A stretch of DNA of 64,000 nt from Methanobacteriota archaeon (lineage in GTDB: Archaea; Thermoplasmatota; Thermoplasmata; UBA10834). The DNA lies in contig DYTN01000006.1 in NCBI GenBank assembly GCA_020725925.1, forward strand, positions 20,269 to 84,268. The letters run 5' to 3'. The notes beneath the pieces are model-generated. The model was not told where the DNA came from. It searched no databases and saw only the letters and a program-made list of their open reading frames with translations. Made by a program: the position numbers and the translations under genes. Positions within the stretch are counted from its first letter, which is position 1, and every line of letters starts with the position of its first letter. Below, piece after piece: positions 26,563 to 34,963 of this stretch.

Positions 26563-26919
26563 GCTCCAGCCGACCATCTCATTAGCCGCTGCAGGGGACT
26601 CCTATTCCCTGCCCTCCGAGACAGTGGCCCCAGGGTGACCGCATATCCTCCGCCAATCTCCAGAACATCTCCCCTGGCCTTCTTGAGATCGGCTGACAGG
26701 TCAAGGCTCATGGAGACCATATGGTTGGCGCCTTTGCCAGAGGTCGTAGTGTTGCTCCTGACATGCGGAAGGAAAGGCAGCCTCGTTTCTTGCCGGTGAG
26801 AAAAGCGATGTCGGCACCCAGTCGTTTCCTGCCTGCAAGCATAGCATCAAGCTTTGATTGCCGGTGGATTCCGGGCCAATATTCCCAGGTCTTCTGTCCC
26901 CCATTTCCTAGCAGGATCA

Positions 26920-26970
26920 TAGGTGGGAGCATTGACTGCCAGTAGATTCCAGACACACATCCGGGTTCTC
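26920..26970 (+). repeat. RepB family copy R3
   Basis: 39/51 identical to 24636..24686. Confidence 0.65.
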
Positions 26971-26975
26971 TCGCC

Positions 26976-27779
26976 TCAGTGGGCCCCGCTACAAGTCAAA
27001 GCCGCTGCGATTGTGGACGCTATGACCTCGACCCATCTGATGGTTGCCACATCTGGCAGCTTCATTGTCCTGGTCCCGGAGATCTCTATCCAGCCGACGA
27101 GCTCATTGCCAGGACCGTAGATTCCAACATCGATGTAGTCTCCCTCCAGACTATCTGTGGGGTCTGTGCGCTTCATCGTCAGAAGCACCGGGCGATTGAA
27201 GGCATCCCTCTCCACTCCATCCGCAGGAAGGTTATCCTCAGCCAGGTATATTCTTGTGTACCTGCTGATCGTGACACCGTGATATTCCACGTCTTCGAAG
27301 AACTGCTCTCTCTTGTAGGCTATCTTCTTGTGTGCTTCTACAGCGTCGGGCCGAAAGCCAACCATCGCCTTGTACCTGTACAGCCCGTCCTTCGGGTCCC
27401 TGAGGCCGATCGCCACGTTGTCTATTCCGAACTGCCGCCAGATGAAGTTGACTGCTTCGTTGAGCATCTTGTCGATGTCCATTTGCGGATCCTGGAAGTG
27501 GGAGAGGAGAGCCTGAACACCTTCAAGGGTCTTCTGAGAGTGATCTCTCACGCCGTGAGAGTATTCGAACTTGATCTTGTCGGGTATCGTCCTATGGTCG
27601 ACCGTCGGTCGTACTGCGGGCTTCCTAGATATGCCCCGCTCCCTCTCAGCGGCTCCAACCCGCCGTGTGGAGTCTCTTTCTGGGGAGGCATTTCGGCGCA
27701 ATTGGTGGAGTGATTTCCCGCATAAGCAGCAAAGGCTTGCCTGTTCAGGGTTTTCGGTTCCACAACTGGGGCATCTCAC
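26976..27779 (-). CDS. Zinc-ribbon plus GAF-like domain protein
   Basis: N-terminal CPSCGTENPEQASLCCLCG; GAF-like 'NEAVNFIWRQFGIDNVAIGLRD...YRY.AMVG'; RBS ggagg. Confidence 0.65.
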   Translation of the reverse strand: MRCPSCGTENPEQASLCCLCGKSLHQLRRNASPERDSTRRVGAAERERGISRKPAVRPTVDHRTIPDKIKFEYSHGVRDHSQKTLEGVQALLSHFQDPQMDIDKMLNEAVNFIWRQFGIDNVAIGLRDPKDGLYRYKAMVGFRPDAVEAHKKIAYKREQFFEDVEYHGVTISRYTRIYLAEDNLPADGVERDAFNRPVLLTMKRTDPTDSLEGDYIDVGIYGPGNELVGWIEISGTRTMKLPDVATIRWVEVIASTIAAALTCSGAH

Positions 27780-28015
27780 AGGGGGTCCTCCAGCATGCGC
27801 AATCGCGCTTTCTCGTCCTAGTTAAGTCTCCTAGACAGCTATAAACATCTTTCCCCTTGAGCCCCTATGGTCATGCAGCGATTGGCGGGGGGCTCTTTGC
27901 TGGCAGTGAATTCGGGAATTGCCTTTCAGGCATCGAGTGCAATCTACCGGCGGATCGGCGACATTGTCCGAGCCATCGAACATCCTCCGTTGGCCAAATC
28001 GATGTTCAAACCATG

Positions 28016-28219
28016 CTAGGGAACATGTGCGTGTTTGAGTTTCTCGCTTGCCGGTTCTCCGCCTACTCCCCAGTCCTCCTTCGGCACCTCATGGATGACA
28101 ACTTCGACTGCTTCCGCGGGCACGCCTATGTCAACGAAGACTCTAGTCATGCCTGCTATCACCCTTTTCTTGGCTTCGTTTGAAAATCCCTTCCAAACAT
28201 ACACCTGCACAATTGGCAT
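28016..28219 (-). CDS. 4-oxalocrotonate tautomerase family protein
   Basis: M-P-I-V start (catalytic Pro1) and 'VEVVIHEVPKEDWGVGG'. Confidence 0.9.
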   Translation of the reverse strand: MPIVQVYVWKGFSNEAKKRVIAGMTRVFVDIGVPAEAVEVVIHEVPKEDWGVGGEPASEKLKHAHVP

Positions 28220-28297
28220 GCGATGTCTCACCACTTAGGTACGTGTCAGGCTTGGTATTTAATGGGTCGATTTGATGTCGGAACCAACGGGGCTCTC

Positions 28298-28337
28298 CAT
28301 TCTTCCCGGGAAAAGGCCATACGGAAGAGAGGGACAT
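28298..28337 (+). repeat. RepB family block-4 copy (degenerate)
   Basis: cattcttcccgggaaaaggccatacggaagagagggacat. Confidence 0.5.
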
Positions 28338-28365
28338 CTGTATCTTGTAGTGCGAAGTGACTGCC

Positions 28366-29340
28366 ATGGAACCGAAAACCAAAATTGCCCTAGCTGCGGG
28401 TGCATTTATCATCACTGTGATCGTGATTGTCGCGGCAATACAGATTGGCAGCCGTTCCAAGAGAGAGAATGTGCCTCATGAAGGGGCATGGGGCATCTAC
28501 TCACTGGTCATCGACTCTGAGAGGGTCAGCCTGATATACAGTTCCGAGAACATGCTCCGAGACCTGTCTCTCAACGGAGCCGGAGACAAACTAGCGTTCA
28601 GCGAGAGAATTGATGGCACAAGCGATTCCTCTGAAGAGATATGCTGCGTCAATGTGGATGGCACTGGGTTCAATAGGCTCACAAACAACAGCGTCCTTGA
28701 TACGTATCCTGCGTGGTCATCGGATGAATCAATTCTCTACTTCCTGTCATGGCGGAACACGTCCCTAGACATATACAAAATGAGTCCCAGTGGGAGCGGC
28801 CAGGTCATGTTCTACGATTCCGGTTTCCATGACGCGGATGTCAATAGCGTGGGTGACAAGCTCGTCTTCACCAGACAGAGCCAGATCTGGAGCATCCACG
28901 ATGACGCATCCGGAGAGGCCAAGATCACGGACCCTCCAAGAGCAGGCGAGTGGGGAAACGCGAACCTTCCTTTTGGGGACTATGACCCTAGGTTGAGCCC
29001 AGATGGAAGCAGGATAGTGTTCGAGAGATTGGTCGATGATGCCAGTGTCCACGGCAACTACGACCTCTATATCGTAGACGCGGACGGCACTGATGAGCGC
29101 GCCCTCACCGCAAACGGGTACTCCCAGGGTCTTGCAGGCTGGTCGCATTCAGGTGACAGAATAGCCTACATAGTTGCCGCGATCAATGACACTGGAGTCT
29201 ATCACATCTACATGATGGACTCCGACGGGACGGACAACAGGGACGCGACTCCGGGTTATTTCCCAGACGGTTTCCTGTGTCAATCCGTTGTGTTCTCGCA
29301 AGATGACTCGAGATTGTTCTTCATAGGTCAGTGGTGGTGA
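28366..29340 (+). CDS. Membrane-anchored TolB-like (PD40) beta-propeller protein
   Basis: N-terminal TM; repeats 'YPAWSSD', 'PRLSPDGSRIVFE', 'DLYIVDADGTDERALT'. Confidence 0.8.
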   Translation: MEPKTKIALAAGAFIITVIVIVAAIQIGSRSKRENVPHEGAWGIYSLVIDSERVSLIYSSENMLRDLSLNGAGDKLAFSERIDGTSDSSEEICCVNVDGTGFNRLTNNSVLDTYPAWSSDESILYFLSWRNTSLDIYKMSPSGSGQVMFYDSGFHDADVNSVGDKLVFTRQSQIWSIHDDASGEAKITDPPRAGEWGNANLPFGDYDPRLSPDGSRIVFERLVDDASVHGNYDLYIVDADGTDERALTANGYSQGLAGWSHSGDRIAYIVAAINDTGVYHIYMMDSDGTDNRDATPGYFPDGFLCQSVVFSQDDSRLFFIGQWW

Positions 29341-29348
29341 AGCAGGGG

Positions 29349-29437
29349 CATTCCTCTCGGAAAAGACCATAGGAATGGAAAGGCACAAGATGTTCAAACC
29401 ATAGCCCGAGAAAAGACTATAGGAGAGGAAGGGCGAT
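29349..29437 (+). repeat. RepB family: two tandem copies (29349..29384 and 29390..29437)
   Basis: cggaaaagaccataggaatggaaaggc and atgttcaaacca...cgagaaaagactataggagaggaagggcgat (38/48 identical to 31374..31421). Confidence 0.7.
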
Positions 29438-29492
29438 TCAAGACCCAGGTGTGGTGGTGCTATTGAAGTCGGTTGTCTTGGGATACGCGGCT

Positions 29493-30497
29493 ATGGCGAA
29501 GGGACAGGAACTCAAGCAGTTCGATTACGAGCCGCCGAAACTGAACGGTCATGACGTTCGAGTTGCCATTACCCATTGCGGTCTCTGCTACACTGACATC
29601 CACGCGATCGACGACTACTTCGGCATCACCAACTTCCCGTTTGTGCCCGGCCATGAGATCGTTGGTCAAGTGTCTGAAATTGGCTCTGAAGTCACTGGGC
29701 TAAGGAAGGGCGATCGTGTCGGCATCGGGTGGCAGGGTCGTTCATGCATGGAGTGCGAGTGGTGCTTGAAGGGGGAGGAACAACTATGCAAAGACATCGC
29801 CAAAGCGGCAGCGTGGTCTCCTTACGGCGGCTTCTCGTCCTCGATCACGGTGGACAGCCGTTTTGCGTATTCGTTGCCCGCCTCCATGCCCTCCGAGTTC
29901 GCTGCGGTGCTCCTCTGTGCGGGAATCACTGTCTACTCTCCGCTTAGATCGACGGAAACTGGACACAGGCGAAAGGTCGGCATAGTCGGTGTGGGCGGTC
30001 TGGGCCATCTCGCAATTCAGTTCGCACATGCCCTCGACTGTGAGGTCACGGCCATTTCGTCGTCGCCGGACAAGGAGGAACAAGCCCTGGCTCTTGGCGC
30101 GGACCACTTTGTTATGGCCGAGGACAAAGGTACTCTTCGTAACATGAATCTGAGCCTCGACATGCTTCTATACACCGGCCACAGTGCAATCGACTGGACA
30201 CGGTTGTTGAACACGCTTAGGAACAATGGCAAGCTCGTCATGGTTGGGTTCTCCACCGTCCCTGTGACATTCGAGCCGCTAGAGTTGGTGGTTCATCAGA
30301 TGTCGATCACAGGATCTCTGCTTGGCAGCCGGATGGTGATGCGTGAGATGCTCGCGTTCGCGCAAGAGCGAGGCATCAAGCCACAGATCGAGTTCATGCC
30401 AATGTCGCAAGTGAACGAGGCGATTCGTAGGGTGAAGGAAGGGAGGGCGCGTTACCGAATCGTTCTCGTAAATGATTCAGCGCGCCTTCGAACCTGA
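29493..30497 (+). CDS. Zn-dependent NAD(P) alcohol dehydrogenase (cinnamyl-ADH/YahK-like)
   Basis: CGLCYTD, GHE, structural-Zn C..C..C...C, LLCAG.TVY, G.GGLG. The ORF track starts at 29451. Confidence 0.9.
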   Translation: MAKGQELKQFDYEPPKLNGHDVRVAITHCGLCYTDIHAIDDYFGITNFPFVPGHEIVGQVSEIGSEVTGLRKGDRVGIGWQGRSCMECEWCLKGEEQLCKDIAKAAAWSPYGGFSSSITVDSRFAYSLPASMPSEFAAVLLCAGITVYSPLRSTETGHRRKVGIVGVGGLGHLAIQFAHALDCEVTAISSSPDKEEQALALGADHFVMAEDKGTLRNMNLSLDMLLYTGHSAIDWTRLLNTLRNNGKLVMVGFSTVPVTFEPLELVVHQMSITGSLLGSRMVMREMLAFAQERGIKPQIEFMPMSQVNEAIRRVKEGRARYRIVLVNDSARLRT

Positions 30498-30506
30498 GCG
30501 GACGAA

Positions 30507-30573
30507 GGGTCCTCACGCATTAGGAATTGTATGTATCTCAGTTCGGAAAAGACCGTAGGGATGGAAAGGCGAT
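30507..30573 (+). repeat. RepB family copy between convergent genes
   Basis: gggtcctcacgcat ... cggaaaagaccgtagggatggaaaggcgat. Confidence 0.7.
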
Positions 30574-30619
30574 CTGAAAGAAAGACTGCTAAAGGGTTTT
30601 TGGAGCTCGGATTCCTGGT

Positions 30620-31243
30620 TCATGCCGGCCAAACCATGGGCTCAAATGTGTCTGAAATGTCGACCCAAAATACTCCACCATAGATGTTCTGCCAATGTGG
30701 GCTGAAATCGACGATAACGCAGAACGTCGACGAAAGGCTGGACGGGTTCCCAATTGTATCAGCGTCAACATACCAGGCGAAGGTCGCACCCGTGATAGAC
30801 ATCTCGGGCGGATCTAGGTCGATTGGAGCGGGGTCATATCGGCTAAGGAGCGGTACGAACCCGTTGCCATACCATGCTACGGCGACCATATAGTCGCGGC
30901 TTCCGTCCAGATTGGTGTCAAGGAAGTGCACCCACCCCATTCCATTCGTCCCAGGCGTCAAAGCTACCTCGGTCAACAAGTCTTCGCAATACATTGTCAT
31001 GGTCAGCACAAAGTCACCCTTCTGCTTCGAGACCGAAACTTCCTTGATGTCCAGGTAATCCGCCTGCCCAATCGGGGAGTTATCTGGCCAAGGCACGTTG
31101 AAATCGTTATACAAGTATAGCTTGCTCAAGTCGTATCGGTCATCTTTCACCGTGACTGTGTTGGTCGTCTTCCCAGCCAGGACGGGCTGGGCCAACATGA
31201 GTACTGCCACGACTATACTAAATGCTACTGCTACTGCTCTCAT
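30620..31243 (-). CDS. Hypothetical secreted protein
   Basis: Signal peptide MRAVAVAFSIVVAVLMLAQPVLA; RBS ggaggtga; pyrimidine-rich tract after the stop. Confidence 0.65.
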   Translation of the reverse strand: MRAVAVAFSIVVAVLMLAQPVLAGKTTNTVTVKDDRYDLSKLYLYNDFNVPWPDNSPIGQADYLDIKEVSVSKQKGDFVLTMTMYCEDLLTEVALTPGTNGMGWVHFLDTNLDGSRDYMVAVAWYGNGFVPLLSRYDPAPIDLDPPEMSITGATFAWYVDADTIGNPSSLSSTFCVIVDFSPHWQNIYGGVFWVDISDTFEPMVWPA

Positions 31244-31338
31244 CTACATTTCACCTCCCCCTCGAACCACGGTCAAGGCTGTGTCCCGAATCGACTGACG
31301 TTGTATTAACTGCTTGTCTACGGAAGGTGGAAAGGGAA

Positions 31339-31421
31339 GGGCCCTCGCGCATCTTGATTCAAATCAAGGATTCATGTTCAAACCAAGACGCGAGAAAAGA
31401 CCATAGGGATGGAGAGGCGAT
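31339..31421 (+). repeat. RepB family copy (83 bp; weaker similarity from 31303)
   Basis: Same length and conserved ends as 32239..32321; internal stem CTCGCG-CA-TCTTG / CAAGA-CGCGAG. Confidence 0.7.
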
Positions 31422-31442
31422 ATGTGGGAAGGAGGTATTGGG

Positions 31443-31814
31443 ATGAAAGGAAAAGGCCAAATCAAGCGGATACCGCACCTTACCCTCGGCGTGTCCGATC
31501 TGAAGAGGTCCGTGTCCTTCTACCAGGACGTGCTTGACCTTAAGAAAGTCGGGGAATGGCCGGGCTATGCAGTCTTCGACATTGCTGGAGTGGAGATCGG
31601 TCTGGAGCCGAGATCGAAACCAGAAATCTGCTTGCTCGTTGACGATGTAGACAGGGCTTACGAAAGTCTCAAAGCAAAAGGAGCAAAGTTCGCTTCCAAG
31701 CCAAAGGATCAGGCTTGGGGCGGTCGAACAGCTGCCTTTGCCGACCCCGATGGAAACAAGTTCGTCATCGAATCGTTCCGATGCAAGGTCTGCGGAAGAA
31801 GCTGCAAGAGTTAA
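31443..31814 (+). CDS. VOC / glyoxalase-bleomycin resistance family protein
   Basis: 'HLTLGVSDLKRSVSFYQDVL', 'WGGRTAAFADPDGNKFVI'; RBS ggaggt. Confidence 0.9.
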   Translation: MKGKGQIKRIPHLTLGVSDLKRSVSFYQDVLDLKKVGEWPGYAVFDIAGVEIGLEPRSKPEICLLVDDVDRAYESLKAKGAKFASKPKDQAWGGRTAAFADPDGNKFVIESFRCKVCGRSCKS

Positions 31815-32204
31815 CGCGAGCTTCTGGAGCAGCACTTGCAGAAACACAAGTGACATCGGATGTCAATCGGATCATCGCTGATTTCGCCGGCAATCTCAGC
31901 GAGGTGTGGGCCGGGGCATCTATTGAGATCAAGCTCGTGCTAACCTTCGTATCCGCCAGAAAGTTCCATCAGAGACATCCAGAAGAAAGAGCCTGGCTCG
32001 GTGCAGCTATCATCTGACTGGAAAGGAGCTGGACGCTTGTGTCCGCACAAGGCTCTCTGCACTGATTGACTCACACCTAGTTCGCGGGACATACATCCCA
32101 AGGCATTTCAAAAGAGACAATAAGAAAGGGCACTCTGCATTTTCTGCTGGCAGGAGAACGGGGGACGAGACCCCCCCAATTTGCACCAGCAAGTAAAGCA
32201 TCCC

Positions 32205-32321
32205 GCTTCAACTACTGGTAGATTCCGTGCAGAAATCTGGGTCCTCGCGCATGTTGACTCCGTGTCGCGAGTTGATGCTCAGACTATGACCTAGAAAAGA
32301 CCATGAGCAAGGAAGGGCGAT
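32205..32321 (+). repeat. RepB family, longest copy (all four blocks)
   Basis: gcttcaactactggtagattc...gcagaaatctgggtcctcgcgcat...atgctcagacta...gaaaagaccatgagcaaggaagggcgat; 32215..32252 matches 24655..24692 at 29/38. Confidence 0.7.
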
Positions 32322-32349
32322 GACGTGTTCGGAGAATTGGTGAGAGTTC

Positions 32350-33132
32350 GTGCCCAGGCTGCCTCCTGTCGTTCTTGGTGATTCAGGCCTGAGAGTGTCC
32401 AAACTGGGCTTCGGCACTGTCGAATTTGGCGTCAAATCAAACAACATCACCCCAGAAGAGGGAAGTAGCATACTAATTGGCTCACACAGGCTGGGTGTCA
32501 ACTACTGGGACACGTCCGATGACTACGGCAGTCACCCTCATGTTGCAGGGGCACTAAGACGTCTGCCGAGGGAGGAAGTCGTGTTGTCCACGAAGACGGG
32601 GGCAAGAACCTCAAGAGAAGCCACAAGGAGTCTGAAGGCCTCCCTGAAAGAACTTGGTACCGACTATGTGGACATCTTCTTTCTACACTACGTCAAATCA
32701 GACTGGATTGATGGCTGTCGTCGCGTCCTGAAGGAGCTGGGCAGCGCGAAGAAGGCTGGGACCGTGAAGGCGCTTGGTTTATCCACTCATAGTGTTGTGG
32801 TCGCGGAAGAAGCCCACAGAATCAGGGAATTGGATGTACTGATGACCATCTATTGCAGGGGAAGCCAGGCAATGGTCAGAAGATATCCTAGACACATTCC
32901 CCTGGTAGATGGTTCCATCGAAGAGATGCTGCAGGCCATCGAGCTAGCGCATGATGCTGGAAAAGGTGTTGTTGCCATGAAGGTCCTGGGAACTGGGGCA
33001 CCGCCACTTATCAGAGGGTATCGATCGTCCATAAGGTCAGTTGCCCGGATTGCATCCATCGACTCGATGGTAATAGGAATGAGGAACATGGACGAGGTAA
33101 GGAAGAACGTCAGGGCATTCGTATCCCGCTAG
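32350..33132 (+). CDS. Aldo/keto reductase family protein
   Basis: 'SGLRVSKLGFGT', 'GVNYWDTSDDYG', 'LSTK', 'LGTDYVDIFFLH', 'GLSTH'. Confidence 0.9.
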   Translation: MPRLPPVVLGDSGLRVSKLGFGTVEFGVKSNNITPEEGSSILIGSHRLGVNYWDTSDDYGSHPHVAGALRRLPREEVVLSTKTGARTSREATRSLKASLKELGTDYVDIFFLHYVKSDWIDGCRRVLKELGSAKKAGTVKALGLSTHSVVVAEEAHRIRELDVLMTIYCRGSQAMVRRYPRHIPLVDGSIEEMLQAIELAHDAGKGVVAMKVLGTGAPPLIRGYRSSIRSVARIASIDSMVIGMRNMDEVRKNVRAFVSR

Positions 33133-33195
33133 TTCTGACCATCTCAGCACGTTATGATGAGCCATCCGTCCCTGATCGCCTCATGCGGTGAGCAC

Positions 33196-33465
33196 ATGCA
33201 CCCACTGCTTGCGGGAGCCATGGCCATCGGAGTATCCCTGGTCACTATTGGTCTCGGGATGGCGCTCGTCAGTCATTCGGAGATGGAAGGAATGATTCAA
33301 TCCGGGGCGACCGATCTAGACGAGCAGCTCGAATCCTTGAACGACAGGAGCATGGCCGGCGTCTATCTAGCGTCCATTGGCGCGGGCGTGACGGTCTTCG
33401 CCCTCTTGATCGATGAGAATCGAAGGAAAAAGGAGCGGGAAAAGAAAAGAGGTTTCTTGTACTAG
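33196..33465 (+). CDS. Small two-TM hypothetical membrane protein
   Basis: Two hydrophobic helices and a basic C-terminus; the ORF track starts at 33154. Confidence 0.5.
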   Translation: MHPLLAGAMAIGVSLVTIGLGMALVSHSEMEGMIQSGATDLDEQLESLNDRSMAGVYLASIGAGVTVFALLIDENRRKKEREKKRGFLY

Positions 33466-33535
33466 ACTCAAAAAGGGTCGCAGAGTACGCATCCCCGTCT
33501 GATTGCGGGAATTGAGCTGCCCAATGCTGAGCTCC

Positions 33536-34472
33536 TCATCTCTTCTTCTGTGGTCCCTTGAGCCATCCTCCCACACCGAGTTCCTTCACCCTGACTTCGA
33601 TGGGCTCGGGCTCGCAGGTCTTGTACTTGCCAGACTCGTCAAGGTACATGATTCTCGGGTTCAAAGAGAAGTGCCCATGATTTGACGACTTCAGACGAAG
33701 CGTGATGTCCTCGGTCTTCAACGCATCGAGTCTCTTCCCCTTCATGTTGAGATGGTCGTTCTCAATCCTGTATGATCCAGGCTCCGAAAGCAGCTCAAAC
33801 CCCTCAGGCACAGCCCTCTCGATCTTGATGATCTGAGCAGGAGCTCCTCCGGCATTGACCATCTCCACATCGAGTCTCATCTCCTCTCCAACGTTCATCT
33901 CCTTCGGCTTCATGATGAGCGTTGCCTGGATCGAGGCGTGCCGGAATTCCTCCACCCCGTTCGCCGTCTCCTGAGTCGCCGCTGGGACCGCGAAGGCCAT
34001 GGTGCTCGATACTGCGTCCGGCGCGTGGAGGATCTCCATGAGGGAAACCGCCAGAGCTCTGTACTGAATCACCTTCTGCTGTAGTTTCGAGACCTTCTCA
34101 TTCTTCTTGGGATAGCCCGCCTTCACGTACGCCGCTGCAGAAGCATCAAGGACCTTCTCCGTCATTGCGTACAGTCTCGCCTTCTTCTTTGGCTGCCTTG
34201 TCCATCAAGACATATGCATCGAACAACAGCTTGGAGGCGTTTGCGTACTCGGCGTCTTTCTCAAGACCTGCATTGAGGTACGACTTCGCGGCGCTCTCGA
34301 GGTTCCCGGTGGCGAGTCCGTGCAAGGCAGTATCCCCCGATTCCGCAAACTTGGTCAAAAGAGGCTTGATTCCCGCCTCCGAAAAGGCCTTGTGGATGGA
34401 AAAGCACCTGCTTTCTTCCGATAAGTAGGCGGCGCTCCGATAGTGCTTGTTTCCTGCCAGTAGGCATAGCAC
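33536..34472 (-). pseudogene. Frameshifted remnant of a helical-repeat protein with a C-terminal Ig-like domain
   Basis: ORF 34146..34472 (…DAYVLMDKAAKEE) continues in another frame as ARLYAMTEKVLDA… (33536..34165) across an aaagaagaagg tract. There is no credible N-terminus. Confidence 0.5.
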
Positions 34473-34670
34473 CCAGGTTCACCTGCCGGGAGATCCCGGG
34501 CCGTGATCACAGCCCGAGAAAGGCGATGGAAGAAGGCAGAGGAGGAATTGAGTCCCGCTCGTGAAAAAGGCCTGGAGGGATGGAACGGTGGTTTGGACAT
34601 GCGCTGGTCCTGAAGTTCTGTCGCTCATCACGAAGCTAATTGCGGTATTGAGCACAGAGTAGTTGGGAAA

Positions 34671-34699
34671 CGGAAAAGGCAAAGAGGGTGGAAAGCGAT
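34671..34699 (+). repeat. RepB family block-4 copy (degenerate)
   Basis: cggaaaaggcaaagagggtggaaagcgat. Confidence 0.4.
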
Positions 34700-34963
34700 G
34701 CGGCAATCCGTGAGTGGTCTTTCTCCGTATGGAGGAAGGAATGGTGATTCATTCTGCTGTCTCACCATCGATTGAGCTAGGAGCCCGCGTTCTCCTAGCT
34801 TCGTCGACTGCGGAGCAATGCGCGTAGGATGGTCGCAGGACGTCCTGCGAAATTCGCATCTATCTGCGTGCTGCTTCGCACGTTGGCAGAACAAGGAGGA
34901 GTTGATAGGCGGGGTGGCGAGGTGCGCATCGGCGGAGAATCAAGAATAGGTCAAAACACGACA

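Noticed and set aside
3277-34699. CRISPR array
   Set aside because: The repeats are degenerate and separated by whole genes (about 1-2.5 kb), not 30-40 bp spacers, and no cas genes are present.
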